From: Mobula hypostoma
Taxonomy: Eukaryota
Direction: 5' to 3'
Length of the DNA stretch: 64,000 nucleotides
Assembly: GCF_963921235.1 (NCBI RefSeq)
Contig: NC_086102.1
Coordinates: forward strand, 141,856,001-141,920,000
Shown here: positions 39,647-51,608 of the stretch, in pieces
Layout of the letters: each line of letters starts with the position of its first letter
Numbering within the stretch: position 1 is the first letter of the stretch
Notes under the pieces: model-generated
The model's input: the letters and a program-made list of their open reading frames with translations, nothing else
Told to the model about the DNA's origin: nothing
Database searches by the model: none
Program-made: the position numbers and the translations under genes

Positions 39647-39940
39647 GTGAATGGACCTGGGTGATACGTAGCTGTGAATGTTCCTGAACTGTTTGGTTTA
39701 AACAACAATTGAAATGATAAGAAAGCACAACTGAAAGAATCCACGATGCAACAAGCGTCTTTCTGTTGCTTTTTCAACAATAAATGAAAAAAAATTTTTG
39801 TTGCATTTTGCTGATGTTTAATGTTGTGTCATCAGAACAACAAGAAACTGCCTAGTGAGGCCTTTCTACACTGCATATAAATACCAACTTGTGTTAGGCA
39901 GTGAAACATTCAGCTGGTTACCAGACTCACAGTGTTCAAA
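39647..39940 (+). promoter_or_regulatory. Proximal promoter and 5' UTR of gamma-crystallin copy 4
   Basis: TATAAATA at 39876-39883, TGCTGA at 39809. Confidence 0.7.
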
Positions 39941-41644
39941 ATGGGAAAGGTAAGGGCTACTCAGTAAATGAACTAAATGAGAATTCTTCATGAACACCTG
40001 AGCAACTAATAACACAGATATGTTTCTTCCCACAGATCATCTTCTACGAGGACAGGAACTTCCAGGGTCGGCACTATGAGTGCAGCTCTGACTGTGCCGA
40101 CCTCTCCCCTTACTTCAGCCGCTGTAACTCCATCCGTGTTGACAGTGACTGGTGGGTGTTGTACGAGAGACCCAACTACATGGGATACCAGTATGTCCTG
40201 AGCAGGGGAGAGTATCCTGACTACCAGCGCTGGATGGGATTTAATGACTGTGTCAAGTCCTGTCGCAGTTACCCACCTGTAAGTTTCAATTTTTTTTCAG
40301 GGCATTTGACTTTTTTCAGTATGCCTCTGAAAATGGGGAATTGGCCTATCAAGTGAGTAATGCACGAGTTTATTCAAATGCTCGGGCGTTTTAAGATGAA
40401 TTGAGTTTCTTGAGGAACATTGAGGTGGATAAGTCCCCAGGGCCTGATGGAATATATCCCTGGTTATTGAGAGAGCCAAAAGATGGGATAGCTGGAACCA
40501 TGACCAACACCTTCACATCTTTTCTATCCATCTGGAATATTGCATACGGTTTTGGTCACAATGTTATAGGAATGATGTCGAGAGTTTGGAGAGGATGCAG
40601 AAGAAGCTTATCAGGATGCTGCCTGGTTTAGATGGAATGTGCTATAACGATATAATGGAAGGATGGACTAACTGGAGTTGTCTTCTCTGGAGTGGCGGCG
40701 GTCGAGGGGAGATCTGATAGCTGTTTATAAAAGTATGAGAGGCATAGCTATAGTAGATGGACAGTATCCTTTTCCCAGGTTTAAAATATCTCATACCAGA
40801 TGACAAACATATAAGATGAGAGGGTGTGAGTTCAAAGGAGATGTGAGGAGCAAGATTTTAACACAGAGAGAGGAGGGGGCTGGAATGCGCTGCCCGGAGT
40901 GATGTTAGAAGCAGATACATTAGGGACTTTTAAGAGGTATTTGGATAGGCATATGAATGTGAGGGAAGTAGAATGATATGCATATTGTTTAATCAGGAAA
41001 GATTAGTTTAGTCGTCCATTTAACCCAAGTGACCAAATAAATTTAAATTTAATAATTTAATTGGTTCAGCATAACATTGTGGGCCAGAAGGCCTGTTCCT
41101 GTGCTCTACTGTTCTATATTCCTTGTTCTAAATGCAGAATTTCTCATATTTTCTATGTGTGTTTTCCTTCAGCATTTGTTTGTACAAGCAGCAATGCCAG
41201 CTGAAGGCATCGTTGAGGCAGATATTTGGTGAAATGATCAAATTGCATCCAATTTTTTCCCATTGAAGTCAATGTCCAGTTTATGAAAATGTGTTCAGAT
41301 GTTGTATACAGTGAGTGAATGATCGGCAAAATGTCATGACTAAAAGTGCATTTATTTCCCTATTCCAGTACCGAGGGAACACCTACAGGATGAGGATTTA
41401 TGAGAGGCCTGACTTTGCAGGGCAGATGATGGAATTCATGGATGACTGTCCCTCTGTCTACGATCGTTTCCGTTACCGTGACATCCACTCCGGTCAGGTG
41501 ATGGATGGTTACTGGATCTTCTATGAACATCCCAACTACAGAGGCCGACAGTACTTCCTGAGACCCGGGGAATACAGGAGATACAGTGACTGGGGTGGCT
41601 ACAACTCAATGATCGGGTCCTTCAGGCGCATGAGGGACTTCTAA
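39941..41644 (+). CDS. Gamma-crystallin (S-1-like), copy 4; join(39941..39949,40036..40278,41369..41644), 175 aa
   Basis: Translation MGK|[11 protein letters not shown]...[11 protein letters not shown]|[16 protein letters not shown]...RMRDF*. Both introns are GT-AG (86 and 1090 nt). AATAAA at 41695-41700. Confidence 0.95.
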
Positions 41645-41790
41645 AAGTTGCTCTTGAAAATCTGATTTTATCTTGTTGAAATGTTTATGGGGGTAATAAA
41701 ATACCTTTGATGACATTATCAGCTCATTTGATTCATTTACCCTGATTCCACTGGAAATTCTAAATGAACAGAAATCATAATCTGAGAACC

Positions 41791-42918
41791 TGGTATAGTG
41801 GGCGTGGTACTGACATAGATTGTAAATTGGTTGGCAGACAGGAAACAAAGAGTAGGGATTAACGGGTCCCTTTCAGAATGGCAGGCAGTGACTAGTGGGG
41901 TACCGCAAGGCTCGGTGCTGGGACCGCAGCTATTGACAATATACATCAATGATTTAGATGAAGGGATTAAAAGTAGCATTAGCAAATTTGCAGATGACAC
42001 AAAGCTGGGTGGCATTGTGAAATGTGCGGAGGATGTTGAGATAATGCAGGATGACTTGGACAGGTTGGGTGAGTGGGAAGATGCATGGCAGATGCAGTTT
42101 AATGTGGATAAATGTGAGGTTATCCACTTTGATGGCAAGAACAGGAAGGCAGATTACTACTTGGATGGTGTCAAGTTAGGAAAAGGGGAAGTAAAACGAG
42201 ATCTTGGTGTTCTTGTTCACCAGTCACTGAAAGTAAACATACATACAAGTACAGCAGGCAGTGAACAAAGCTAATGGCATGCTGGCCTTCATAACAAGGG
42301 GAGTTGAGTATAGAAGCAAAGAGGTCCTTCTGCAGTTGTACAGGGCCCTGGTGAGACCACACCTGGAGAATTGTGTACAGTTTTGGTCTCCAAATTTGAG
42401 GAAGGACATTCTTGCTATTGAGGGAGTGCAGCGTAGGTTCACGAGGTTAATTCCTGGGATGGTAGGACTGTCATATGTTGAAAGATTGGAGAGACTGGGC
42501 TTGTATACACTGGAATTTAGAAGGATGAGAGGGGATCTGATTGAAACATATAAGATTATTAAGGGATTGGACACGCTAGAGGCAGGAAACATGTTCCCGA
42601 TGTTGGGGGAGTCCAGAACCAGAGGCCACAATTTGAGAATAAGGGGTAGGCCATTTAGAACAGAGTTGAGGAAAAACTTTTTCACCCAGAGAGTTGTGGA
42701 TCTGTGGAATGCTCTGCCTCAGAAGGCAGTGGAGGCCAATTCTCTAGATGCTTTCAAGAAAGAGTTAGATAGAGCTCTTAATGATAGCGGAGTAAAGGGA
42801 TATGGGGAGAAGGCAGGAACAGGGTACTGATTGTGGATGATCAGCCATGATCACAGTGAATGGCGGTGCTGGCTGGAAGGGCCGAATGGCCTACTCCTGC
42901 ACCTATTGCCTATTGTCT
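41791..42918 (+). mobile_element. 5'-truncated CR1 LINE
   Basis: ORFs 41831..42274 (GVPQGSVLGP, FADDTKL) and 42261..42830, with a (CTATTG)-type tail. Absent from the matching 3' flanks of copies 2, 3 and 5. Confidence 0.9.
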
Positions 42919-45677
42919 AAACACATTAAATTGTTTTACTACAGTTGGTTCCAGTTAACAGATAACATTATGATGATTTATAGGAGGCTGAAAAATGCAA
43001 ACTTAATAGGATGCTGTTCGTTGCCTCGTGTTATTCTGTTCATTGTGAGGCTCTGTGCTCCATTTCTGAATTTATTTCCAGTGAATTTAATGAGCACAAA
43101 TATCTATATTTATGACTTCCATGAATCTGGTGGTTTTGTGAAATGACTTCAGAGAAGTATGAACAACATAAATAGAGACATGGAGTTAAACAGCACAGAA
43201 AGCAGCACTTTTACAAATCATGATGAATTCTACCAAAGTTGAGACCAGTGTAAACAAGAAGACATGGACAGATATCTGCTGGACAGTTTGAACATATCTA
43301 TGATTCTCTGTGGGTCAGCATTGTGTAGGATGAAGCTTGAGTCGAAAATGATGTGGAATTATTTGAAGTTGTAGAACCTTCCAAAGAAAGTTAACAAAAA
43401 AAGAAGCAAGTCAGGATAATTTAAATCTCAGTAAGCACAGATCCAAACTCACGTAATAAGGTCTGAAACATAAGTCTTGCAGAGTATGGTGATTCTCTGG
43501 AATTGTCTATCTCAGAATGTTGTAGAAGTAGAAAATTGGGATATTAAAAGTTGAAGTGGAAACACTTTGGGAATTCAGGATATGGGGAAATGGCCCAGAA
43601 CAGGATAGGAGCAAGTTCTGGTGCTAGCGAAATAACTTCTTACCGCGTAATACTGTAACAGTATGAAAGGATTTAGCAGTTTAATATAGGAAAAACAATC
43701 TGAGCTAAAACATTGGTTACATTGTTTACATTAACATCATTTATTATTATATTGTAATTTGTCCTTTACTGTGCCTATTGACTTGCTTATTAGTTACTGT
43801 ACTGTCTTGTACTGTTTTGTGCACTTTATGTAGTCCCGTGTAGGTCTGAAGTCCAGTGTAGTTTTGTGTTGTTTCAGGTAGTCTAGTGTAGTTTTGAGTT
43901 GTTTCGTGTAGCAGCATGGTCCTGGAGGAATGTTGTTTCATTTTTACTGTGTACTGTATCAGCAATTATGGTTGAAATGACAATGAATGCGACTTGACTT
44001 GATAAATTTGAATCCTTTCTCGTGGCTTGTTGAGGGATGCTCATTTAAGGACAGAAGAACATTTCCAGATTTAATTCACATTTCTGTAAACTTTGGAGTG
44101 AAGGATGAGCTCTTTGAAACAAATAACATCCCAAAGCACATGACCAGGTTCATGTTGAGATCTTTCCACCACTAAGGGTCTTCGACAAATTGCAATAGCT
44201 ACACGAAAATGGGGAAATTATTTAATGTTGGGATATTGAGAAATTTCTTCTCACTGGAATTGACAAATCAATGATACAGTAAAGTCATTGCGAAATAACT
44301 CATGTGTCATTTCATAGAACTGACAGAAATAATAATCTCAAATGTAACCTCCTTAAAAATAAAAATTCCCCAAGATGAAGGAAACTGATGGATGACGTTA
44401 TAGAGGTTCGTAAAATCCTGAGAAGCATGGATAAGGTGGAGCGTCACAGTATCCAGCATATAGCAGAGGAGTCTAAAGTTAGTGGGCATAGATTTAGGAA
44501 GAGAGAGGAAAGAGGGGAATCTGAGGAGCACATTTTTCACACAGAGTGTGGTGGGTATATGGAACAAGCTGCCAGAGAAATTTGTAAATGTCGGTACAAT
44601 TTCAGTGTTTGAAAGACTTTTAGCCAGGTACATGGATTGTAAATCTGCACCAATGCAGGCAAGTTGCACCTGCACAGGACAGCAAATTGGTCAATGTGGC
44701 TGAGTTGGTCTCAAGTACCTATTTCTGTGCTGTATAACTCTATAATCCGAATACTCCCTGGAGAGAATGTTCCTAAATCTCAACCTCCATGAGCTAAAAG
44801 GACAAGGGCAGCAACAGCATGGAAACACCTCTACCTGGAAGTTGCCTCCAAGTCACACACACAATTGAAGATACAGAAATGCCTGAAGTTACAATGGATA
44901 TGTTAAAAGATGTTTTATAAAATACTCACAATTGTTGAAGTAGTAACTGTAATATTATTCATAATTATTAGTATAAGATTTGAAAATTCCATCAATATCT
45001 GATGAAATATTAGTGTACTATAATTATCTTATCTAAAAACAACCAAAAAAGAACCATCATTATCAAAGCAAACTGAGGTATTTTCCAGGACATCTCTCTA
45101 AGCCGACTATGGTTTTATCTGGCTTTCAACCTGCTCTCTAATTTACTGAATTGGATGAAAATAGAGTATCAAATGAGAAACAGCCAAATGGATTGCACCT
45201 TGACACACCTTCTATATATGGACAACTTGAAATTATATGCTCCATCATCAGTAAATCTAAAGCAATTAAGTCAAATAGTAGAACTATTTTTAAAAAATAC
45301 AAACAAGGACTTTGGACTGGATAAATGCAGAACATCAATCATAAAGAAAGGTGCAATAGAGCTGGTAGAATAGAAAGCAGAGCAGAAGGTTGCAATACGA
45401 CTTATCAATTAATATGAAACATATAAGTACTTGGAATATCAACAAGCAAAGAAAACAGATCTGATACGATGAAGGGAAGCCTTTCAACAGAATTTAGCTC
45501 CTGGCTGAAGAAAAACTGCTAAATAGAGCTCAATAGTTAAAATATAAGAAAATAAACACTTTCACTATTCGCATATTAACCTCAAAACCCGGACTCCAGC
45601 AACAACCATGGACACCTTCAAAGCGATTGCGCAACCACCAACTGTGACTCCAGCCTTGAACTCCAGGCCGGGTCTTT

Positions 45678-48053
45678 ATGTGCTGCTATTGTGACTCCTT
45701 TCTCCTCTTCCCCCACCAATACTCTGCAATCCCGTCTCCTTCAGATCCCATCATCAGCTCCTGGGTCCTCAGAGCTCCATCTTCCTCTCACCCCAACCCT
45801 CCCCTCTCCATTGACACCCCCAGCCTCCCCCCTCACCCCTCTGATCCCAGATCTCATCTGTGCCGGGTCTTTACCATCCCCTCTAACCTTCAACTGTCAG
45901 AGGCAGAACGCTCTGTTCTCAGTAAGGGCCTCACGTTTGTCCCCCTTCACCCACACCTCAGCGAGTTCCGTGTTCGCCATGATGCGGAACTCTTCTTCCG
46001 CCGTCTCCGTCTCCGAGCCTACTTCTTCGGCAAGGACCCTTCCGCCTCCACCGATGACCCCTTCTCCCGTCTTCAACCCTCCTCTTCTTCGTGGACACCC
46101 CGCACTGGTCTTCTGCCTGCTCTGGATCTCTTTATTGCCAACTGCCGACAGGACATCAACCATCTCGACTTCACCGCACCTTGTCCCCATTCCAACCTCA
46201 CTCCTTCGGAACGCTCTGCTCTCCACTCCCTCCGCACTAATCCTAACCTTATTATTAAACCCGCCGATAAGGGGGGTGCTGTTGTAGTCTGGCGTACTGA
46301 CCTCTACCTCGCCGAGGCACAGCGACAACCCGCGGATACCTCCTCTTATTTACCCCTCGGTGACCCCACTAAGGAGCACCAGGCCATTGTCTCCCACACC
46401 ATCACCGACTTTATCCACTCAGGGGATCTCCCATCCACTGCTACCAACCTTATAGTTCCCACACCTCGCACTTCCCGTTTCTACCTCCTACCCAAGATCC
46501 ACAAACCTGCCTGTCCTGGCCGACCTATTGTCTCAGCTTGCTCCTGCCCCACCGAACTCACTTCTGCATACCTCGACACGGTTTTATCCCCCCTTGTTCA
46601 ATCCCTTCCTACCTATGTTCGTGACACTTCTCACGCTCTTAAACTTTTCGATGATTTTAAGTTCCCTGGCCCCCACCGCTTTATTTTCACCATGGATGTC
46701 CAGTCACTATATACTTCCATACCCCATCCAGAAAGTCTCAAAGCTCTCCGCTTCTTTTTGGATTCCAGACCTAGTCAGTTTCCCTCTACCACCACTCTGC
46801 TCCGTCTAGCGGAATTAGTCCTTACTCTTAATAATTTCTCCTTTGGCTCCTCCCATTTCCTCCAAACTAAAGGTGTAGCTATGGGCACCCATATGGGTCC
46901 TAGCTATGCCTGCCTTTTTGTTGGCTTTGTGGAACAATCTATGTTCCGCGCCTATTCTGGTATCTGTCCCCCACTTTTCCTTTGCTACATCGACGACAGC
47001 ATTGGCGCTGCTTCCTGCATGCATGCTGAGCTCGTTGACTTTATTAACTTTGCCTCCAACTTTCACCCTGCCCTCAAGTTTACCTGGTCCATTTCCAACA
47101 TGGCCCTCCCCTTTCTAGATCTTTCTGTCTCTGTCTCTGGAGACAGCTTATCCACTGATGTCTACTATAAACCTACTGACTCTCACAGCTATCTGGACTA
47201 CTCCTCTTCTCACCCTGTCCCTTGGAAAAATGCCATCCCCTTCTCGCAATTCCTCCGTCTCCACCGCATCTGCTCTCAGGATGAGGCTTTTCATTCCAGG
47301 ACGAGGGAGATGTCCTCCTTTTTTAAAGAAAGGGGCTTCCCTTCCTCCACTATCAACTCTGCTCTCAAACGCATCTCCCCCATTTCATGCACATCTGCAC
47401 TCACTCCATCCTCCCGCCATCCCACTAGGAATAAGGTTCCCCTGGTCCTCACCTACCACCCCACCAGCCTCCGGGTCCAACATATTATTCTCCGTAACTT
47501 CCGCCACCTCCAACGGGATCCCACCACTAAGCACTTCTTTTCCTCCCCCCCTCTCTCTGCTTTCCGCAGGAATCGCTCCCTACGCGACTCCCTTGTCCAT
47601 TCGTCCCCCCCATCCCTCCCCACTGATCTCCCTCCTGGCACTTATCCTTGTAAGCGGAACAAGTGTTACACACGCCCTTACACTTCCTTCCTTACCACCA
47701 CTCAGGGCCCCAGACAGTCCTTCCAGGTGAGGCGACACTTCACCTGTGAGTCGGCTGGGGTGATATACTGCGTTTGGTGCTCCCGATGTGGCCTTCTATA
47801 TATTGGCGCGACCCGACGCAGACTGGGAGACCGCTTTGCTGAATACCTACGCTCTGTCCGCCAGAGAAAGCAGGATCTCCCAGTGGCCACACATTTTAAT
47901 TCCACATCACATTCCCGTTCTGACATGTCTATCCACGGCCTCCTCTACTGTAAAGATGAAGCCACACTCAGGTTGGAGGAACAACACCTTATATTCCGTC
48001 TGGGTAGCCTCCAACCTGATGGCATGAACATTGACTTCTCTAACTTCCGCTAA
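45678..48053 (+). CDS. Penelope-like reverse transcriptase / GIY-YIG endonuclease ORF (791 aa; start uncertain)
   Basis: Motifs KPADKGGAVVVW, FYLLPKIHK, GRPIVS, DVQSLYTSIP, GVAMG, YIDD and PFLDL, then a Cys-rich linker and VIY..CSRC..YIG. Confidence 0.8.
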   Translation: MCCYCDSFLLFPHQYSAIPSPSDPIISSWVLRAPSSSHPNPPLSIDTPSLPPHPSDPRSHLCRVFTIPSNLQLSEAERSVLSKGLTFVPLHPHLSEFRVRHDAELFFRRLRLRAYFFGKDPSASTDDPFSRLQPSSSSWTPRTGLLPALDLFIANCRQDINHLDFTAPCPHSNLTPSERSALHSLRTNPNLIIKPADKGGAVVVWRTDLYLAEAQRQPADTSSYLPLGDPTKEHQAIVSHTITDFIHSGDLPSTATNLIVPTPRTSRFYLLPKIHKPACPGRPIVSACSCPTELTSAYLDTVLSPLVQSLPTYVRDTSHALKLFDDFKFPGPHRFIFTMDVQSLYTSIPHPESLKALRFFLDSRPSQFPSTTTLLRLAELVLTLNNFSFGSSHFLQTKGVAMGTHMGPSYACLFVGFVEQSMFRAYSGICPPLFLCYIDDSIGAASCMHAELVDFINFASNFHPALKFTWSISNMALPFLDLSVSVSGDSLSTDVYYKPTDSHSYLDYSSSHPVPWKNAIPFSQFLRLHRICSQDEAFHSRTREMSSFFKERGFPSSTINSALKRISPISCTSALTPSSRHPTRNKVPLVLTYHPTSLRVQHIILRNFRHLQRDPTTKHFFSSPPLSAFRRNRSLRDSLVHSSPPSLPTDLPPGTYPCKRNKCYTRPYTSFLTTTQGPRQSFQVRRHFTCESAGVIYCVWCSRCGLLYIGATRRRLGDRFAEYLRSVRQRKQDLPVATHFNSTSHSRSDMSIHGLLYCKDEATLRLEEQHLIFRLGSLQPDGMNIDFSNFR

Positions 48054-48344
48054 TGCCCCACCTCCCCCTCGTACCCCATCCGTTAGTTATTTTTATACAC
48101 ACCTTCTTTCTCTCACTCTCCTTTTTCTCCCTCTGTCCCTCTGACTATACCCCTTGCCCATTCTCTGGTTCCCCCCCCTTGTCTTTCTCCCCGGGCCTCC
48201 TGTCCCATGATCCTCTCATATCCCTTTTGTCAATCACCTGTCCAGCTCTTGGCTCCATCCCTCCCCCTCCTGTCTTCTCCTATCATTTTGGATCTCCCCC
48301 TCCCCCTCCCACTTTCAAATCCCTTACTAACTCTTCCTTCAGTT

Positions 48345-48380
48345 AGTCCTGACGAAGGGTCTCGGCCTGAAACGTCGACT
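48345..48380 (+). ncRNA. Minimal type I hammerhead ribozyme motif in the Penelope pLTR
   Basis: Identical 36-mer to 21723-21758. Confidence 0.75.
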
Positions 48381-50540
48381 GCACCTCTTTCTAGAGATGC
48401 TGCCTGGCCTGCTGCGTTCACCTGCAACTTTGATGTGTGTTGCTCGCATATTAACATATTCTTTTGGCAAAATGTTTTCATCCAAAACGTAGCTGGAAGA
48501 CTTACGAAGAAAAATGAAAGTAGTAATGACAAATTTTACAAAACAGGTTGTACACTTGAACACACTTGGATTGACACTACCTAGGACAGAATGAGGAAGA
48601 GGAATACAGACATAACACATCTACACAAAAGTGAAAATAAAATTGGATATATTTTCATCAATTGAAGCAGGATGCAGCACTCCATGCGAGATATGCAATT
48701 CTGATAAGATGTACATACTACTAAAATTAAATGAAAGCACAGCCCAGATAAATGAAGAAATTATTAATGAATTCTATTAATTCTGTAGAAGAAAATGTTA
48801 ACCAATGGATAATCATGACCTTTCATGGAAGACATCCCCATGATCTGGGAGGAATAGATGTTGAGATGGAGGCATGTAACACCTGACTAAGAGTTGCAGA
48901 CCTCTTGCCAGAGACAGAGGGGTTCCATGTGACAATACAGGACCAGGTCCTTAACATGCAAGAAATTATCAAAAATACATAATAAATGACCTGCAAATTC
49001 AAGATGATAAAAGCAGAAAATCCCAAGAGAAACCAGAAGCAATCCAACATGTTACAGGATCCTGCAGCAGTTTAACTCCATCTAATTACTTACACAGACA
49101 CAATCAAGTGGCAAACATCATTCACCAAAATCTTGCTTTAAAATACAAACTCATAAAAGATACCACGCTTACTATAAATAGAAGCCTGATTCAGTTTAAG
49201 AGACCTATAAATTATTTTACAAGCAAGAATGATCTGTTTAATGGCTATAGCCATTCCAACACACATAACATGCAAAAATCAGTAAGTGAAAACACCAGAA
49301 ATATGCAGAATTAAAAGAGGAAATTGAAAGACTATGGAACATGAACAGATTATCCCTTGTCCCAGCTGTAATATCTACAACTGATACATCTCAAAGACAC
49401 TACACTACACAATAACATTGAACAATTAGCCTACAGAGCAAGAGAGCCACATTACTGAACACCACTAGTCTCTGGTAAATAAAATTGACCATCTCAGAGC
49501 TAGGGTGCTGTATCAGAGGGACATTAGGACTGTGTGCTTCCTCTGCTTCATGGAATCCTGGTTAACCCCTTCTGTACTTGACGCAGTAATTCAGAATGAT
49601 CGTTTCACAATACACCAGGGTTTCTCAACCGTGGTCTGTGAGAGCTCACTTGGGATTCTGCAAAAGATCATGATTAAATAAGGTAAACGTTGTTTTTTGA
49701 GTTTTGACCTTGTGTGATGCTAGCGCTCGCAGTGACTGAGCAGCCCCGTTAGCAATCTCGTTAGAGGCCTCTCAGTGCAGTATGGCAGTGCACAATAGGA
49801 CCATGTTTATTTGGCTAAGCCCATTTTCAGTTTTTGACGCATGGTAGGGGAGGACATTGATAATTGGTGAGTGCTGTATTGCACGAAGGGGAGGAAGGTA
49901 GGCTGATAATTGGTGAGCATTGTATCGCACAGACAGGAGGACAGTAAGCTGATGATGAGGGTTGTATTACTTTAAGGAGTGGAGGAAGGTGTGCTGACAA
50001 TGTGTATTTTCCGAGCATTGAATGGACTCATCCATTTTTATATTTTATTAACCCCTGTGTTTTACAGACATGTCTGACATTTTTGAATTACGATATTCCT
50101 AGCTATTTCACTGCACTAATGCAACAATGGACACAAAAAAGTCTGTCTTTACAATGAAAGCTGCTTATCAATGGGTTTTACATGGACTGGTGATCCAAGT
50201 TGTCCTATTCCATTGTGCCTGGTCTGTGGCAAACAACTTACAAATGCAGCAATGGCTCCAGCAAAATTGAAAAGACACTTAACTACAAATTATAACCATA
50301 TGACACATAAAAGTGCTGATTATTTTAAATGGCTATTGGAATCTCAAAACAAACAGAGTAAAGCTTTTGTTAATAAATTCAATCAGTAAAAAAAGCCAGG
50401 AAGCAAGTTATTCAGTAGTAGAACTTAGTACCCAGAAAAGGAAAAGTAACACAGTTGGTGAGAACATAATTAAGCCAGCATATAAAATTATAGTGAGTAA
50501 AATGCTGGGACAAGATGCAGTATGAGAAATTGAAAAGGTT

Positions 50541-51608
50541 TCGTGCTCAACGGTGATGATGGCTGGTCCTTCACTTGTGAAGATCAGGAGGGAAGAAGAG
50601 TCCTTAGGAGCGATGGCAGGATCGTTGGTGACTACAGAGGCCGATCCTGGATCTGCAGACTCTGGAACAGTAGGGACACGGGAACAGCTGGAATGTGGGC
50701 GCTTGGGTAGTAGGATCCTTCCTGGATCTCCTCTTCTCTTCAGCAGTTGCTCTTCTGGATTCCTCAAAATTCTTGGCTGCGCCTTTTTCCAGTGTTCTCC
50801 AGCAGTCTCTGTCACAAGCCAGCTGCTACCACTCACTGACCTTGACATTTGCCTGAGAGAGCTGCTTCTTAAGTTGGTCTTTTTACCACTTGCGTTGGGC
50901 ACCGTGATCTCTTTTGTCCTGAGAGAGTTCTCCATGGGGTACTGCTTTTGGTAACCTGGAGTTGTCCATGTGAGACATGTGGCCTGGCCAGCAGAGCTGC
51001 CTGAGCAGCAAAGTGGCTTCAATGTTTGGAAGTTGAGCCTTCTCTAGGTCCTCGTTATTGGAGACACAATCTTGCCAATTCATAGCCATGATGGAGGGGA
51101 GGCAGCACTGATGAAAGTGCTCGAGCAACCTAATTTGCTTGTGGTACAAGACCTAGGCTTCAGAGCTGTATAGCAGTGTTGTGATGACAACAGCCCTGTA
51201 CACCTGGATTCTTGTGGACAGATGCAGCTGCTGGTTCTTCCATATACATTTCTGGGGGTACCCAAGGCACTGCTGGCTCTGGCGAGTCCATTGTCAATGT
51301 CCCTTACTATCGTAGTGTTGCTGGAGATGACGCAGCCCAGGTAGGTGAACTGCTCAACCTTGCTGAGATAGTGGTCATCAATGGTGATCCGAGATGGGTT
51401 GTAAACACCACGAGGGGGCTTCTGATAGAGGATCATTGTTTTCTTCAGACTGACCATTAACCCTAAAGCCCTTGCAGCCTTGGTGAACTGTGACAGCAGC
51501 CTGTAGTGCGTTGTCTGTTTGTGTGTGTGTGTGAGAAGAGAACAGTTATCTGCATACAGTAACTTGAGAATGGGCTCTTGTATGATTTTTGCTCAGGCGA
51601 GAAGGCGG
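50541..51608 (-). mobile_element. RTE-clade LINE 3' fragment inside the hAT transposase
   Basis: Motifs VSLKKTMIL, VEQFTYLG, LEHFHQCCL..I and WPGHMSHM..SRLPK. It splits the transposase at EIEKV|PLSN. Confidence 0.75.

Larger units (their letters stand above)
45581..48443 (+). mobile_element. Penelope-like retroelement (Neptune-type)
   Basis: RT plus GIY-YIG ORF and a 3' pLTR with a hammerhead motif. 12-bp TSD TCGCATATTAAC at 45569-45580 and 48444-48455. Confidence 0.92.
44850..49480 (+). mobile_element. R4/Dong-type LINE relic, split by a Penelope-like element
   Basis: ORF 45155..45373 (THLLYMDNLKLYA...FGLDKC) and ORF 49108..49314 (ANIIHQNLALKYKL). Similar to 35110-37650. Confidence 0.75.

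Noticed and set aside
43770-43920. Short GTGTAG/TAGT-rich repeats, and small (GT)n or (GA)n runs elsewhere
   Set aside because: Degenerate LINE 3'-UTR repeats or microsatellites, not a CRISPR array or structured RNA.
50553-50954. 133-aa ORF with a hydrophobic C-terminus, and the overlapping 204-aa ORF
   Set aside because: Both lie mostly within the RTE fragment inserted in the hAT and show no gene structure.
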